A stretch of DNA of 64,000 nt from Raillietiella orientalis (GCA_036172245.1 JAYWIR010000024.1:930001-994000), one strand, 5' to 3'. Counted from the first letter of the stretch, positions 1 to 13,852 are shown. Made by a program: numbers and translations. Notes: a model not told the origin generated them from the letters alone.

Positions 1-1549
1 CGCCCTCAGGAGACTGTGGCTGCGGCAAAAGGAGGAGCCATGGCTGCGGGCCGCAGTTCGCCGAAGACGAAACCCGCAAAAAGTGCCTGCCACCGGATGG
101 TAGGCAGCATTCCTCATTCCCTTTCTTCCTCAGCATCCAGTTTCTTTCCTTCTCTTCTTTCTTCATTCCTCCTCCTTCTCCCCTCTTAAGATGGCGCCAA
201 TGAAGACCGCTGCTGGGATTCAGCCGCTCAAGAAAGGAGGAGCTCGCAGTCTCCTCGTGTTTTTCTTCTATCGGCTGGCGTTCTCTCCGTTGTTCGTTTA
301 CCTCCCTTCAAATTCCCCCTCCTCCTCCTTTTCCACTCCCTCCTCCCCCTTGCTTTTTATTTTTATTTTTTTTTTTCTTCTCCAGGAAGCTGCAAACGAG
401 CATCCACGAACGTCGTGTCGGATCAGGACGTTTTTCCCACATCAGATGAGGTTCCGCCAGATGTAAATACGCTCCCGGCGAAACATAAAAGCCGCATCCG
501 GCTTTGCACCCCGAGCCGTGCCAAGAGCCCGGCCGATCGAGAAAACTTGGTCCAGTGAGGGGGAAAGAGCCGAGAGACTCTGAGCAGCTCTCGGGTCTTC
601 CTCGCGAGTTCCTCAGCGTCCTCATTCCACCCTTCCCTCTTCCCCCCCTCCCCTCTCCTTTTTCGATGGGAAAAGAGATGCTGCTGGCTCTCTGAGATGA
701 AAGGGACCGGAGCGCTGATCTTGTCGGAAGAGGAACCTCGGCGGACGGCACAATGCAATGCAGAGAATCTTCCCCGAAGGAAGGGTGGGTCGGTCCCCTC
801 TACCTCCTGCGGAGGACAGAAAGAGCCATCCGGTAGGAGAAAGGCAAGAGGGCGATAAACGTCCCCCACCCTTTTTTCCTCCTTCCGTCCGGCCCTCTAC
901 GGCATCGCTTCGCTGTCTTTACCACCATCTCCCCAGAGGTCCTCCGCCTTTCTCGTTCGGCGAAGATTTCAAGAGGAGTCGTGACGGACCGTTTCGGTGA
1001 GCATTCTTCTTCTTCGAGGCGGCTATCAGAAGGCGACCCAATCGTCTGCTGCGAGGAGCGGAGGTCAGCAACTCGGGAAGAGAAGGAAGGAAGAGGAGAA
1101 ACAGCTACTTAGGTAGTCAGACTTCATTAAGAAGATAAATGGGCGCGCCTGCCCGGGAGTGTGCCTCCTCCTCGAGATCGTTTCCAAGGAGCTAAAAACT
1201 GTCAATCTCTTTCAGTGGGAGCGCCGTAATTAAAAGAGGATTGCCCGGCGCTGATTCGCATCTCCGAGAGTGTGATCTCTGAAGATTTCGTTCGTCCTTC
1301 GAAATCCGCAGCAACAACAAGACCTCGGGAGGCTGGGCGTGGGAGGCTGCGCCGCCTCTGATCCGCTTTGCTCTCCCCCCCTCCTCCTCCTTTGTGACTC
1401 TTCGTGTTTGCTCATTTGCTTTATTCTCGAGGGGGGACAATCTTCGGTCAAGATATACACGCGCGCAAGGTCAAGGAAGAAGGCAAATGGCCTGTTACTC
1501 TGATCAGTGGGTTCGCCCAGCAGAACCCGTGGGAAAGAATTAGGGATGG

Positions 1550-3900
1550 ATAGCGAGTCCGGGATTCGTCATCCCATTGCTGAAGCTACGCCAGCACGCA
1601 GAGAGAGGTGCACTGCCGCTCACCTCCCCAAGTTCAGCCTCCCGGCCATTCGTCTGGTTGACGACGGCGACGCCGGAGCGTCGCCGGCTGCAGCATAACG
1701 GGAGCTGCGAGGCAGATCCAGTGCGGCAGCTAGGCGGGCGCTGGGCGACCACCAGCTGCCCGGGTTCCAGGCTCTGTGGGTCGATCACAGCCCGGGGGAG
1801 GAGGGGAGGCAGCGTCTGCAGCTTCCCTCAGGAGCCTCTCGAACTCGCCTCCTCAGTTTCGTTCGCTGCGAGGTGACGCGCGCGCGCCTTTTGCAAGAGG
1901 ATGGCCAAAGAAACGGCGCGAAGGATCCATGCTCACGTGGCCACTGTGCTGGCAGGGAAGGCGCACTCTCGCGGTGGTCTTCTCGGAGGCGGTATCTCCC
2001 CGTCGGGATTCTAACGAAAGGGATGGAGGGGGGGAGGGACCAGAAGATTGCAAGCGCGCAGTGTCCCACGGCTTTTGCAATCCCGGAAGAGAGGAGGAAG
2101 CACCACAAGAGAAAGGGGTAGCAAGATACTCAGCAATGGTCACTTTGACCTTTGAGGCGTGAGACGACGAACTCCCGCGAGAGAACCTGCGCGCGCGTTT
2201 TCAGTTCCCAACGGGTGCGTGGAGGGGCTGCCGTGTCAATTTTCGGTGAGGTTTGGGACTGCGCGAAGAGATGCACGGGAGGAAATATTAGCAGCTTCCA
2301 TCGTGTCCCAGACCTTTTCCGGCTGTACTGTTGTTGGCGAAGAGCTGGAGCACGGAGGATGCTGAGAAGGCGGAGGCGTTCCGCTGTCACGCGAGGGCAC
2401 GCTCGGACAGATACCTCCAGCCTTGCGTCCAGCTCCAGAAGCTTTCGCCACCATGCGGTCGTTCTTGGAATTTCCAGCGCTTCCAGCAAATCCCCCGTTC
2501 TAGAGATCTTGACATCGTGGTGACCCGACGGGAACCGCGCGAACAAAGGCTTGGATTCCACACGAGAGAGCGCGGTTAACCGCGCCGGACGGGAGTAGAC
2601 GGCTGTTTTACATCGTTGCTCTGCCTGGAGAAGTGTTGGTCGAGCAGGGCAATCGATCACTATACGTCTACGTATCACCATGGGGATGTCCCGGCATTGC
2701 GAATTCACCTGAGGAGGCTGGAAATTTCGCCACTGATACTTAATTGTCTTTAGCTGTCGACCTCACTGGGTCCAGCAGCGCAAGGGAGCACCCGAAAACC
2801 GCGACGCATTGCGGTGAAGAGGAAGCTGATGGAACGGGAAATTCAGCAGATCAGGAAGCGAGACATCGGCAGCATCTGGACAGGGGAAGCGAAGTCATCC
2901 CTGGCGTAAGTGGGATGGACCTTTGAGGAAGGAGAACCCAGAAAATGAGAGTTGTCGTAGGATGCAGTTGCGAAGCAGCGCACGGGGCAGATCACCTCCG
3001 GTCTCCACAGTAATCTGGCGCCTCGAGGCGAGCGCGGCTTTCTCTCGCCGAAAAGCGGCTCAGACCGAGGGCAGGCCATGCCCCGCGCATGGCGCACGGC
3101 CTGCCCAACTGCGGTGCAGTGCAAGACACACCGGACGCCAGTTCACCGCGCCACCGTGTAGTCCTCTTGGCACCTGCACCGAGTTGCGCCCTCCGGGCGC
3201 GGCAGGCAAGTGAGGAGCCGCGCCCTCACCGTCGCGCCCGGAACGAGAGAGCCGCCATCGAAAGGCACGGAGAATCTGAAGTTCGGATCATTAGGGCAAC
3301 TCAAGAAAAGCGGGAGCTTGGCGAAGGAGTGCTAGCGTCCGTCAGGGCATATATCTCGCTCTTGAGATCCCCACGGTCATGGGATCTGCAAAGGCCAAGC
3401 TCCAAGAGAAAGGCAGATCCCTAAGCGATTGGAGCACATCAGGAGGCAGGGAATGAATGGTGTGCCTTATTAGCACAGGTCACTCCAGGCAAACCCGCTG
3501 GAGGTACAGACTGAGCCTTCGGGCCGGTATGAAGGGACATCGTGAGTGGAGGATAGGATGAAGAGGTCAGCCAGGCGGTGAAGATTGTGGACAATTCGCC
3601 GGTATTGATTGTACCCCCCTGGACCGTTTTTCGTAAATGGAAAGAGTGTGGATGAAATGTCGTGAGACACAAGGATGAACGAATCTTTCATGCACCACCT
3701 TCAACGCTGTGGGTGAGCTTTCGAGTGTGAGAAACTCATTTTCAGGAGGAGGTCGGGTTGCAGAGACAACTGTGCGCCGGGAGCCCTTTGGCTGCACGCC
3801 AGGATCTGCCGTCATCTCAGCCTACGAGCGACTTGTTCCATCGTTCATGAGCACGCGATGCGTCCACTAGGATCTACGTCCACGATTGCGCTGATGACAT
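1550..3900 (-). mobile_element. Highly decayed Ty3/Gypsy LTR-retrotransposon pol relic (RT - connection - integrase)
   Basis: Minus-strand remnants occur in Gypsy order: an RT-like 'LTTFHPHSFHLRKTVQGG' (~3670-3610), a connection-like 'DPMT../DLKS' (~3390-3350) and an integrase zinc-finger-like 'GHHDVK...AWW...VRACP' (~2530-2390). The 3185-3440 segment is clearly homologous to 47455-47745. Boundaries are approximate. Confidence 0.45.
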
Positions 3901-5749
3901 AGTCTCGAAGAGCTCAAAACCTGTGCTCCAACATCGAGCTGGCATCCTCCCTTCCAAGTCAGACGTTCTTCAGAAGAGAAGAATGGGTTCCCACCAGATG
4001 GCACCTGGAGCTTCCTTGCGGAATGCTGCCCATTCCCCCCCTTCCTTCCAAAAAAAAAGTCCTGGAAGATCACGAAGCTTCCATTGTCTCCACAGAACGA
4101 GAGAGTGGCTTTACAGGAAAATTGGGAACAAAAGCTGCCAACTCATGCAGATCGCACAGGCATGCGGCTGTTTCGTGGCTTTGGGCGTCCGTAGCAACCG
4201 CGATTTACATACGCCTTGAGCATACCTTTGAAACAGTCAGCGTCTCCTTGCGGATGCGGAGCGGTTCCTGGTGCGGGCTCTTCCTGGGAAAACAACAACT
4301 GAGTGCCTTCTCCTTTCAAAAAGCTTCGCACGCGCCCGCGCTCCCGCGACCTGCGCAAACAAGCAGTGCAGGAGCCTCAAGGCTCCCCGGATTCAGAAGA
4401 GCAGAGACCGAAAGAGCCCCTGCGAGGTGATTCACGAGGAAAAACTCCTTGACGTGTCGCTTCGGTCATCCAAGCGCGAACGCGCGGCTGCGCCCGGATC
4501 ATCTGGAAGGGTTCCTTCTTCGCCTAGGTCGCCTCCCCCCCGAGGGACGGAACGACGCTTCTCACGGAACCGTTTTATCCTTCATGATGGGGAGGGAACT
4601 CTGTTTCCAATCGCCTCGCAGGCACTCTTCCCTCTCCAGCCAGCCTGCGTCGGCATCCCGCTCCCGCTCGCCCGGCAAAAAAAGAGTTTTGCGGGACGAC
4701 CTCCGATACGTTGGCTCCCGCGGAGGCAGAAGGCGAGCGGCCGCCTCAAGCGCAGCCAGAGTTCCTCCTGCGGATTCTCGGGATGGGCTCGAGAGCGAGG
4801 CAGCAGGCAGGGAAGCCAGAAGTTCATGGCCGGCCGAGGAGAAAAAGCAGGAGAGAGGCCTCCCCCGAACGGAGGTGCCGCGGGAAGAGCAACAGCCGGT
4901 GTTGAAACGGCGATTTGCATGAAGCCACGGGAGAGGAAAGTGACCGCAGCGTTTTGCGCAACCCGGCCGAAATGATCTGAAATTGCTCCATCCATTTGCT
5001 TTTCTTTCCTCTTTTCCTTTTCCCCTCTCTTTTCGAAGGCGATTCTCCCGGTTTCTGCTCTCGCAACCCCGTCATCCCGATCAAGAGACCCTCCTGCACG
5101 CGCACCTCTTCCCTCGAGCGTGGAGATGGCGGCGGCGGTCTGCGAGCTCTGCAGCCAGAAGGGAGGAGAGCAAAAGCGGAGAGGAGACCTCGGAGATCCC
5201 TGCTCGATGGCTTCCCCCGAACCCAGGGAACCCTCTCGCGGGCAGCAGTGAGCAGAGGGTGCGTCAAAAAATCCGGACTGCGCGGGAAAACTCCGTCCCT
5301 TCCCGATTTTCCGACAAAAACCGGAGAGATGGGGAGAGGGTGTGGGAGAGAGGGACCGAACGCAGTGGCGTCGTCTCCCAGCTCGGCCGATTTCTGGGAA
5401 GCGAAGATCCTCCATGCCTGGACGTCGGCTGCTCCTCCGAACTAGCGACATGAGGGACTCTGCAACACCAGAAAGTGAGTCCCGGGCAGCCCTTTTCGGT
5501 GGTGAGTCCTGTTCATTGTCAGTTTCGTGGAGGTCCTTCCCTCTTCCTCCTCCTACTCCCCTCTCCCCCATCCCACTTCCCCAGCCTGTGCTCCGGGGAG
5601 CTTTCTGGTTTCCCGAGCAGGGTATCCGCGCGTGTCCCAGCGATACCGGGAGAATCTCCTTTCTTCGGAAGCGCCGCCTCTCCGCGCCACCCTCGCGACC
5701 CCTTGCGCAGCTCCTCTCGGCACGGAGTTCCAGCACTCGGAGGACGCGC

Positions 5750-8100
5750 CCCTCGGCATTCCAGAGGAATCAGCGTGGCCTCATTTCCACCTGGTTCAGC
5801 CGGTGCTCCAGATAACCAGCAGTTTCCAGGTATATTCCGTTTCCATTGTACTCTCCTTTGTCCAGGACAGCTGCCACTGTTTCCTCTACTGGAGAGAGAG
5901 AATGTGGGTTTCTCTCTCTCTCCCTCCGTCTTTTTTTCTTGTCATCAGCAGCGATCGAGTGCTCACCGCACCGGGGATGGAGGAATTCTCCGCGGAGACG
6001 GAACATCATCCCGCGGTACATTGCACGGATCCACCGTCCCCTCGCTTCGCTACCTGGATCTTCGGTCCTGTACCCTCTCGGCCAGTGGAATGCCATTCGA
6101 TCTTCCAGACGGGTTTCGAGAGGTGAGAGTTCCTCGAGACGCCGAGAAGAATCATCCGAGAGACGGATCGCGCACCGCCACTCATTGCGAGGATCCAGCA
6201 GACTGGAAAGATCTCTCGGCTCCCATGTAGGTCGATAACGTTCGTCCTGCCTGACCTGCTCGGAGGCCTGCCGGCCTCGGGAAGCGCAGCCCGAAGATCT
6301 CGATCTCGTTCCTTCCTTGTTGACAGCTTCTTGCAGGGAGGAGCTCACCGATCCCAGCTTTCGGTGCAGTCCCAAGCTTGCGCTTATAGGGCCGGTCCGA
6401 ACTCGTCTGCCTTCTTCCAGATTGGAGAGTCAGGGAGGTTAGGAAGAGGAAGAAGAAGCACATTCTTCTTCATCCGCCTGCCCGATGGGGTCGCCTGGGG
6501 TGGAAACTCACTCCCAGAGGATCTTCGAAGAGCAGGTGAATTTCTCCAGATCCGAGGGCTGCTACCGCCGTCTTATTCTTGAAGACTTTTCGGTCGTAAT
6601 ATCGATCTGTTCTCCCTATCGAAAGCGTATGTGAGGATTCAGGAAACGTTCAGAGAAGGGGATAAGGATGGGCAGGCGGAAGGCGGGTCATCCTGGAGGA
6701 GAGTTCGTGAGGACGCACCACCATTCTTGGCGGACGTCTCACTCGATCTTCGAGCCCTGCTCTGCCAAGTGGGAGATCTCCAGCGGTTTCGTTAGGCTAA
6801 CAGAGGACTCGATTCGCATATCTCGGGAGGCACCGAGGTGGCGGCGAAAGCTCTTTCTCAAATGGGCGCAGCCTCCCGTCTCCAGGAACACAGAGTGGGA
6901 GCAGGCAAGCTTGCCATCGCACAAAGTTCCAGAAAATCTCCTTCTTTGCGGACTCGAGCTGGGAGGGGACCACCAGTTGAGCTTGACCGAAAGATCCCAT
7001 CCATCATTCAGCTTGCGCCTCCTCCTCTCTCACTGTCCGCAAACGCACTGAATCCTCCTCTCTTACGCGAAGTTAGAAAGACGCTGAGCAACTGGGAGAG
7101 GCATTGGATTTCCAAGAGCGCATCCAGAGTAGGTCCACTATCTGTCTCGGAGATGGACAGGGAGGAAGATGAGAGAAGAAGAAAAAAGTAGGAAGGAAAG
7201 GAGAAGAGAATGGTTTAAAAACGAAGAGGGACTGACGCCAAAGGTCAGATCAGCTTTCGAGTGGAAAGAGGATGTCAACACGGAAGAACCAAACTCTCGC
7301 CAATTTGTAGGCCTCCGGTCACCACCAGGCAGCTCCTCTTCCCTTCCTCTCCTTCAGAATCTCAAACATCCAGAACCTTGTCTTTGCTATCTTTCGGTAT
7401 CCAGTGACGACGCCCTCCCACTGGAGACCTCTGTCACCTATCGCGTCCTCAGCATCTCCTTCCCCCACGGTTTTCGATGTTGAGAGAAGGGGAATCCAGA
7501 CGGCTTCCGGCCCGCCCGCCCCCAAAGTCTACCCTTCCTCCTGCTCAGTCCCGCGTTCTCCGATGGGATAGAGGGGATGAAATGGATGCAGTGCCACTGG
7601 CACACTGGGGATGTCACACACATCGGACCGGCAGTGGATTTTGGCGCCACCCCCGCAGCCGAAGATTTCGGAAGACACGAGGGGGAGCGCGCTTCTTCGG
7701 ATGTAGGTCCGCGGAGAAGGTGAAGCCCTCAGGCGCGGGAGAAGCGCCTGAGAGAGGAATTCTTCCCGTTCTTCCTTCTTTTTCTTTCTTCCCACTTCTG
7801 TTACATCGTTCCCACTACTTCCTTCCCGCAGTAATGGAGGTAGGCGAGAGATGGTCGAGGATGGAAATCTCAGAGCTCAGCAAGGAGGGATAGGAAAGAG
7901 GGAGGAAGTTTCCAGACACTCCTTCAGGAGCGAGGACCCCGGGATAACTGGGAATTTCGGCTGCAGGCGGCTTGCCGTGAAGCTGCAGCTGGTGGAAACA
8001 GAGAGCGGCAGAGGAGTCCAGGAGACCCTCCAAGGAGGTTTCCACGGGAAGAGGTCCGGGATGCAGTCTACGACCCTTTGGAGACATTCCGAGCGCCGCT
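5750..8100 (-). mobile_element. Decayed L1/Tx1-clade LINE (ORF1 remnant + AP-endonuclease region)
   Basis: 'LVVPSQLESAKKEIFWNFVRWQACLLPLCVPGDG' (ORF 6797-7000) fits APE VYAP...FW...GDFN. 'GRTDRYY' (~6600) resembles SRIDR and 'GRRMKKNVLLL' (~6470) resembles GxWKLNxxLL. A Cys/His-rich knuckle-like remnant lies at ~7590-7660. Many stops and frameshifts. Confidence 0.5.
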
Positions 8101-9727
8101 CCTTGCCACCTTCGAGTCGGATTCCCTCAAGAAGGGCGGAGAGGGGGAGAAGGGTGGACCAAGAGGAACGGAACGAATCCTATTCTGCCGTCAGGAAGAT
8201 GCCTCGCTTTCCCGACTGATTCCTCCCGCTCCTTTTTCCTGAAGGCAAGGTCAGGTGCAGGGCAGAGGTGCCTCTAGCGCTTCTGGAACAGCCAGACCTG
8301 GATGCTCGTCTTCCCCTCTACCTTCTCTGCATCTCTCTTCCTTTCTTATGCTTCCGAACCTTTGGGAGGGCAAGGACTGCGCTTCTTCTCGTTTTCTGGC
8401 TCCTTGATCGGCAGGAGGGAAAAGGGAGAGGGGGGTTGTTCCCTGACATCGCGGAACCGGGGCATCTTTTCCCTCTACGACCCGAGATTGTCCCGAGACA
8501 AATGAACGCGCCTCCTGCCGCGGCTAGGACTCCCTAGAAGATGCGAAGCGTGGACGGCAGCTGGTCGCGTCAGACGCCACCTTTGTCCTGCAGGGATCGC
8601 CTCCGCTTCCCCTCGGACTCCCTTCTAGAAGTGAAAGTGGCTGGAGAGGGAACCTTGGCCCTCGAGAGAGAGGTAGAAGGGGGGGATAGGGTGAGTCCAG
8701 AAGGAGGTCGAGACCTCGCTTCCTCCCCTCTCAAGCCGCCTGAGGCAGCAGCCTGGAGGACTTCCCCCAGGACATCCCCGGACTCTGGGGATGTCCCCAG
8801 AATCCGCCTCGAGGGAGAGAGGTGAGGCTGGAAGAGAATGGGTGGTCTCTGTACGGGCGGGAAGGATAGGACGCCTGTTCGCTCCGCCTCTCCATCTGCC
8901 CGCTCTCTTTACTCCCGAAAAGGCCTTTGAAGGAAGGGGACGTTCCCCTCCTTCCGGGAAATCCAGGACTGCAGCCGTTCAGCGAGCGGTAGGGAAAAGG
9001 TCGAGAGAGCGTAGGAATGGAAGGAACCCGGGAGAAAATCCCGGAGCTTTAAGTCTCCCTTGCGATTCACTCCGCTTCCCCTTCCCCCATCTCTCCTGTC
9101 ATCCCAACCTTCGCCGTGCCTGCAGGCCTTCCCGCTTGAGCGAGGAAACCGGAAACCTTTCCAGGGCACCTCCCGGAAAAGAACTCTCTTCCCGTGCAGC
9201 CGACAGGGAAGACAGGCAGACTCTTCCCTTCTCCCTCCCTTCCAGGAGTGCTCCTGCGGACTGGAAACGGCGGCGGCGGGGTTCGCGCATCCCAGGCATC
9301 ACCCGTCTTCTTCCGGAAAGACTTTCAGAAGAGTGACGACCAATCTTGCCTGCCGGTTCTCGTCGAGAATGGTGTGCTTCCGGGAAGGGGTCTGCTCCTT
9401 TCCCTTCCACCCGCGCGCGTAACCTTCCTGGTGCTTTCCCTCCTGGGAGAGCCGAGAAGCTCCTCGAAAGAGAGGGCAGCCTCCCACACGTCCCACCGAC
9501 CCAGCCCGGGACTGCCTTCAGCGGACCCAGGTTAAAAAGAGGAAAGGAGGAAGAAACGGACATGCGGAAGGAAGGACGGGGAGGAGGCGGGGGGGGGGAG
9601 CGAGGGAGGCGGCGGCGGCGGCGGCAGAGGCGGAGGAGGCAACCAGCGAAAGAGAAGGATCTGCACGATCCTTCGCCGGCGGTGTCCTCATTACTCCGGA
9701 GCGTCCGCTCCTCGGACCGACCGAGAC

Positions 9728-9735
9728 TATAAAAA
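9728..9735 (+). promoter_or_regulatory. TATA box of the Pro/Tyr/Gly-rich protein gene
   Basis: TATAAAAA in an otherwise very GC/CpG-rich region, ~200 nt upstream of a perfect donor AAG|GTGAGT (9927/9928). Confidence 0.6.
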
Positions 9736-9759
9736 GAGGCGTCCGGCCGCTCGGACGCT

Positions 9760-9927
9760 CTACAGCGTGCGCGCCTGCGTGAAGCAGCCAGGTGTTGTTG
9801 CGTGCCGCGTGTTCTCCGGTCGGCGTGACAGAGCTCTGTGGTCCGCCTGCCCCCCATGAGACCGCCGCCGCCCACTCCCCCCAGGTGCTGAGAGTCGAAT
9901 CCGTCCGGTTCGGGTACCCCCCGCAAG
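9760..9927 (+). other. Predicted non-coding first exon (5' UTR); start approximate
   Basis: Begins ~30 nt after the TATA box and ends at CAAG|GTGAGT. The matching acceptor ctccttttttctccAG at 13687 lies only 9 nt upstream of the ATG at 13697, so an upstream exon is needed. Confidence 0.55.
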
Positions 9928-12728
9928 GTGAGTGCTCCCCCCCCCTCCCTACTCCCTACCCACCTCCTCCCCACTCCTCCCTCACGGGGAGAGAGGCAGC
10001 AGCCGTCCGAGAGAAGAAATAGGCGCCCGCGCCCACGCGCGCGAAGGGACCAGGGGGAGATGCAAGGCACGCAGCGCGTGCAAACTGGGGTAGACGAGGA
10101 GCGAGAAGAGGGAAAGGCAGGGATGAGGGGATGAGCCTCAGGGAGAAGGTAGGAAAGCCTGAATTCCTTCCTGAGATCCTGGACGGCTGCCCTAGAAGTG
10201 AGGAGGGGGGGAGGGTGCGCGGAACTGGCCGCGCAGTCTCCTCTGCCTCCGCCTCCTGCAGCTGCTGCTGGGGTCACGGACGTGAGTCTGAGCACCCTGT
10301 CCACAGAGGTGGACAAGCAGGGAACCGAGAGTCGCCTATGCTTGCTATCTCAGAGGGAGTGGTCCCGCACGCTAAAGACAGCCCATGCTTATGGAGACGC
10401 AGATCCACAAGCATGGGGTGTCTTCCGCGGCACGTCTGCACTTTTTCTCGTTCCCGCGGTGATGAGGACCGGGCGGGCTCCCCCCTGACGGCTGCTGCTG
10501 CCAGTCCAGCAGCTACTCCTGCACTCTCGCGGGCGGACGCGCAATCAGGGAAAGGTCGGTGGTGAGGTGGAGGGAGGAGGGGAGAAACAGATGCAGAGGA
10601 GATCACGGAAGATGGGGGGGAGGTGGCCTTCTCCGGGATCTCCAGGAATTCCTTCCCTCTTCCCACTCTTAGCTCGCCTTCTCCTGCGGTCGCTCCGAGC
10701 GTGGTGAACGTTCCTCCTCTTCTTGTCCCGTTGCCCCCCTTCTTCGCCCCTGGGCTGCGTAGCGGCCGCCCTCAGATCGATGGCAGGTGGAAAACGCCCC
10801 GAAGACCGGGGTCGATGCACTCCGAGCGGAGGAGGGAGCGAGCGAGGGAGAGGGAGACGGCAACACGGAGAGGGGGATGAAGGGAGAAGGGGGAGGAGAG
10901 AGGGGAAGCCTGTCGTCGTCATCCCGTCGAACGAGTGCGGAGGGAGGAGGAGGAGTACGCGCAGGAAGTGGACCCGCGTATCGGCGCAGCGCGCGCTTCC
11001 TCCGCAGCGGGCGTCGTTGTCGCCGGGGCGGCGGAGCGGTCAACGGCTCGCGGCACCGGCGGCGGCGGCAGGGAGCGCGCGCGCCCCCTCGTGAGGGGGA
11101 AGAGAGGAGCGCGACGATCGCCAGAGGTCGGAGAGCGCGCGCGCGCTCCCCTCCCCCTCCCCTCCCCTTCGCCCCATCTCACCCTCTTTCCGCCCCGGTA
11201 GCCTTTCTCCCTTCTCCCTCCTGGATTAAGGAAGAAAGGAACAATGAGCAGCCCCTGCAGGAAGAAATTTGGGGACCGAACTGGGGAAAACGAAATGAGG
11301 GTGCCTGAGAGGAGTCTCTTGGTCCGTCCTTCGGGTGGACTAGGGGAAAAAAGAGGAACTACAGAGATCTACCCCGAGATCTTCCGGAGATGAACTTCTT
11401 CCCTTTCGCTGCACTCCGCGTGGGGAGAGGAGAGAGTGCTTAGGAAAAGGAGGGACGAGACCTCTGGAAAGCAGAGGAGCTTCTCGAGCCGGCAGTCCAG
11501 CAAGGACCTTTGGGGAGGGAAAAGGGAAACCGGGAAGCAAGCGCGGAGGATAGGATGGATGGCGTTGGTGTCTCCCTGTCTCCTTTCCTTCTTTGGACCA
11601 CGGGCGCCCTTCCTGCTTCAGTTGCCTCCAGGGACCGATCATCTTCCTCTTCTCGCGCTTCCTTTTTCCGAGTGGTCGGTGACCTCCTCAGCCTCCGTTT
11701 CTCCCCCTCCGCGGCAGCCTCAACCGCCCGCCCTCCTAGTGGTCGCCTCGCATCCTCTTCGCCACCTCTCTTCCTCGACTTCCGCTTACCACTTCTCCGG
11801 GAAGCATCCCGGAAGGCTCGCACCTTCCCTTCCTTCCTCCTCCTTTCATCCTCTCACCCCTTCCCTCTTTTCCCTCTCTTTTCTCGGAAATACCTCCCTC
11901 ACAAAGCGGCTGGATTCTGGAAAAGTCCTTTTTCCCTGCTTCCCTGCCTCCAAGCGATCGAGTTTTTCGGGCGGTAGGGAGGAATGCTGGACCAGGACGT
12001 GGAGGCGCAGATCCACTTCGCCGCCGTGTCTTCAACAATGAGAAAGGGGTAAGGCGAAGGGGGTCAGCGGCGGCGGTTGCTGTGGCGGTTGCTCCTGCAG
12101 CATGCGGCTAGCAGAAGGCAACACCCCTGTGAACCCGAGCGCGGGGCTTCCGGGGGAGCACGAAATGGGACTCCAATGGATTGAAACCTGAATTTGGGAA
12201 GGAAGAAGGGGGTGAGAATCGGAGAGCAGGTCAAAGGCTTGCGGCCATCGAGACCTACCGACGACGCTATTTGCCCTCCCTAGCCTCTCCCTCCACTCGC
12301 CCCCCTCCTCCGCGAGAGAGCGCTGGAGCCTCCGAGAAGAAACCACATGAATTTCCTCCTGCCTTTCCGTGTCATCCGGTCTGCCTCCAGACCTCTTCCC
12401 CAGCCTCGCGCCGTGAATGGAGATGGGGATGCCGTCGCTCCGGAGGCGGCGGCGGCGCGCCCGGCTGCTTGCACTCGCTGGAAAAAAGGAAGAGAGATGG
12501 ATGGGGCCGAAAGAACGCCCTGGAGGTCACGTTTGCGGAGGAGGCTCACCTCTGGGACAAACAACACGAGTCCCGCAAACACCGCACCTCCAGCGAAATG
12601 CAAACGGGAGGAGAGCAAACACGCGCCACCTCCCTCTGTGCCCAGATCGAAAAACCGCTCCCTCTCTTCCACCCGTGAATCCGTATCTCCTGCGCAAGAG
12701 GGCTCGCCGTAAACAAACCACAACAATC

Positions 12729-12760
12729 CGCGGAGAGAAGGGTGCACCCTTCTCTCCGCG
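12729..12760. repeat. Perfect 32-bp palindrome
   Basis: CGCGGAGAGAAGGGTG|CACCCTTCTCTCCGCG, with no spacer and no mismatch. Confidence 0.95.
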
Positions 12761-13696
12761 TGTGCATGCTGCGCGCGCGCACGGGGGGTCGCGTGCGGGA
12801 TTCAGGGCTTTCCACGGCCTCGCTCCTCGCGCAGGCAGCTCCTCCTCGGTGCAACCCAGGAGAAACGTCCTCGGAACGTAGAAGAGTGGACGGCCACCAC
12901 TGCGATCTCCCTCTGCCACGTCGACTCTCCACTCTACCCCGGAGTGGATGGAAAGCGAGCGCTCCTTGAACCAGTTGCTTCTCTGGACGCGAACCCTCCA
13001 GAGAGCGGGAAGGGGAGTAGGGGACGTAACCCACTCGCGTGCCTGTCACCAGCCTAGGGTGTTCTCTGCTTCCTACCAGCTACCCTGACATCCCAGCTTT
13101 TGCCGCGACTCCGTAGGCATTTCAACCACATATCGCGATTTGAACGCAGCTCACTTTCTTCCCGCTCTCCCTCGATTTCTTGACCTGGAAACAGAAAAGG
13201 GGGTGGAGGAAAGGCAGTTGTTCGGTCTTCGAGTGCTTCCTTACATCCACTGCCAGTGGATCTGAGGATGAGTGCCCACTGAGCGGGACCTTTTGTCATC
13301 GAAACAAACAAACAAAAAAGGGGACAGCAGGATGTTAGCAACCACCCTCGCAAATTCTCCTGTTCCCTCCTCAGGATCGAAGAGCCGCGACATGCTTTCA
13401 TCCTTTCGATTCCCACAACAAAACCCTGTGGTGGACGGCTGCTTGCGAGACCGGATCCTTGATGCCGAGCATTCTGATCTCTGATCGCGGGAGTAGCTGA
13501 AGTTTCGAAAACGAGAGCGCGTGCATTCCATCCTGATGTTTTGACTGGTTTTTGCGCGAGCCGTCATGCGTCAGGTGCGCGGGGTGCACCCGTGACGTAT
13601 CGATGATAGCTCGATGACCGTCCTCCCTTGAAGAACGGAACGACCAGGAGCAGCGGGAGCACTGGATTTTCACTCCTTTTTCTCCAGGTCCACAAC

Positions 13697-13852
13697 ATGC
13701 AAAACACCATCATTCTTCTGCTGCTGAGTTGCCATCTGGGCTCAATAGCTCTGACGTCGGTTGCATCCGTGAAATATGTGGGCCCCATCGTGTATTCCGC
13801 CGACAAGCCACCCATTTTGCATTTCCCAGCACCAACAGGAGTTCCACGAGAG
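13697..13852 (+). CDS. Coding exon 1 of a secreted Pro/Tyr/Gly-rich repetitive (extensin/cuticle-like) protein; encodes the signal peptide
   Basis: ACAACATG start, then MQNTIILLLLSCHLGSIALTSVAS (hydrophobic signal peptide) and VKYVGPIVYSADKPPILHFPAPTGVPRE. The phase-0 donor GAG|GTCAGT joins in frame to 15318. The exon shares the 'Y...PPI.H' motif with the next exon. Confidence 0.85.

Noticed and set aside
4271..5736. Long ORFs of 234 aa (+) and 384 aa (-)
   Set aside because: Arg/Gly/Ser/Pro-rich translations typical of GC-rich non-coding DNA; overlapping ORFs in many frames; no motif or splice support.
9099..10316. 405-aa minus-strand ORF
   Set aside because: It spans a CpG-rich promoter and first exon of the + strand gene; low-complexity, stop-poor sequence.
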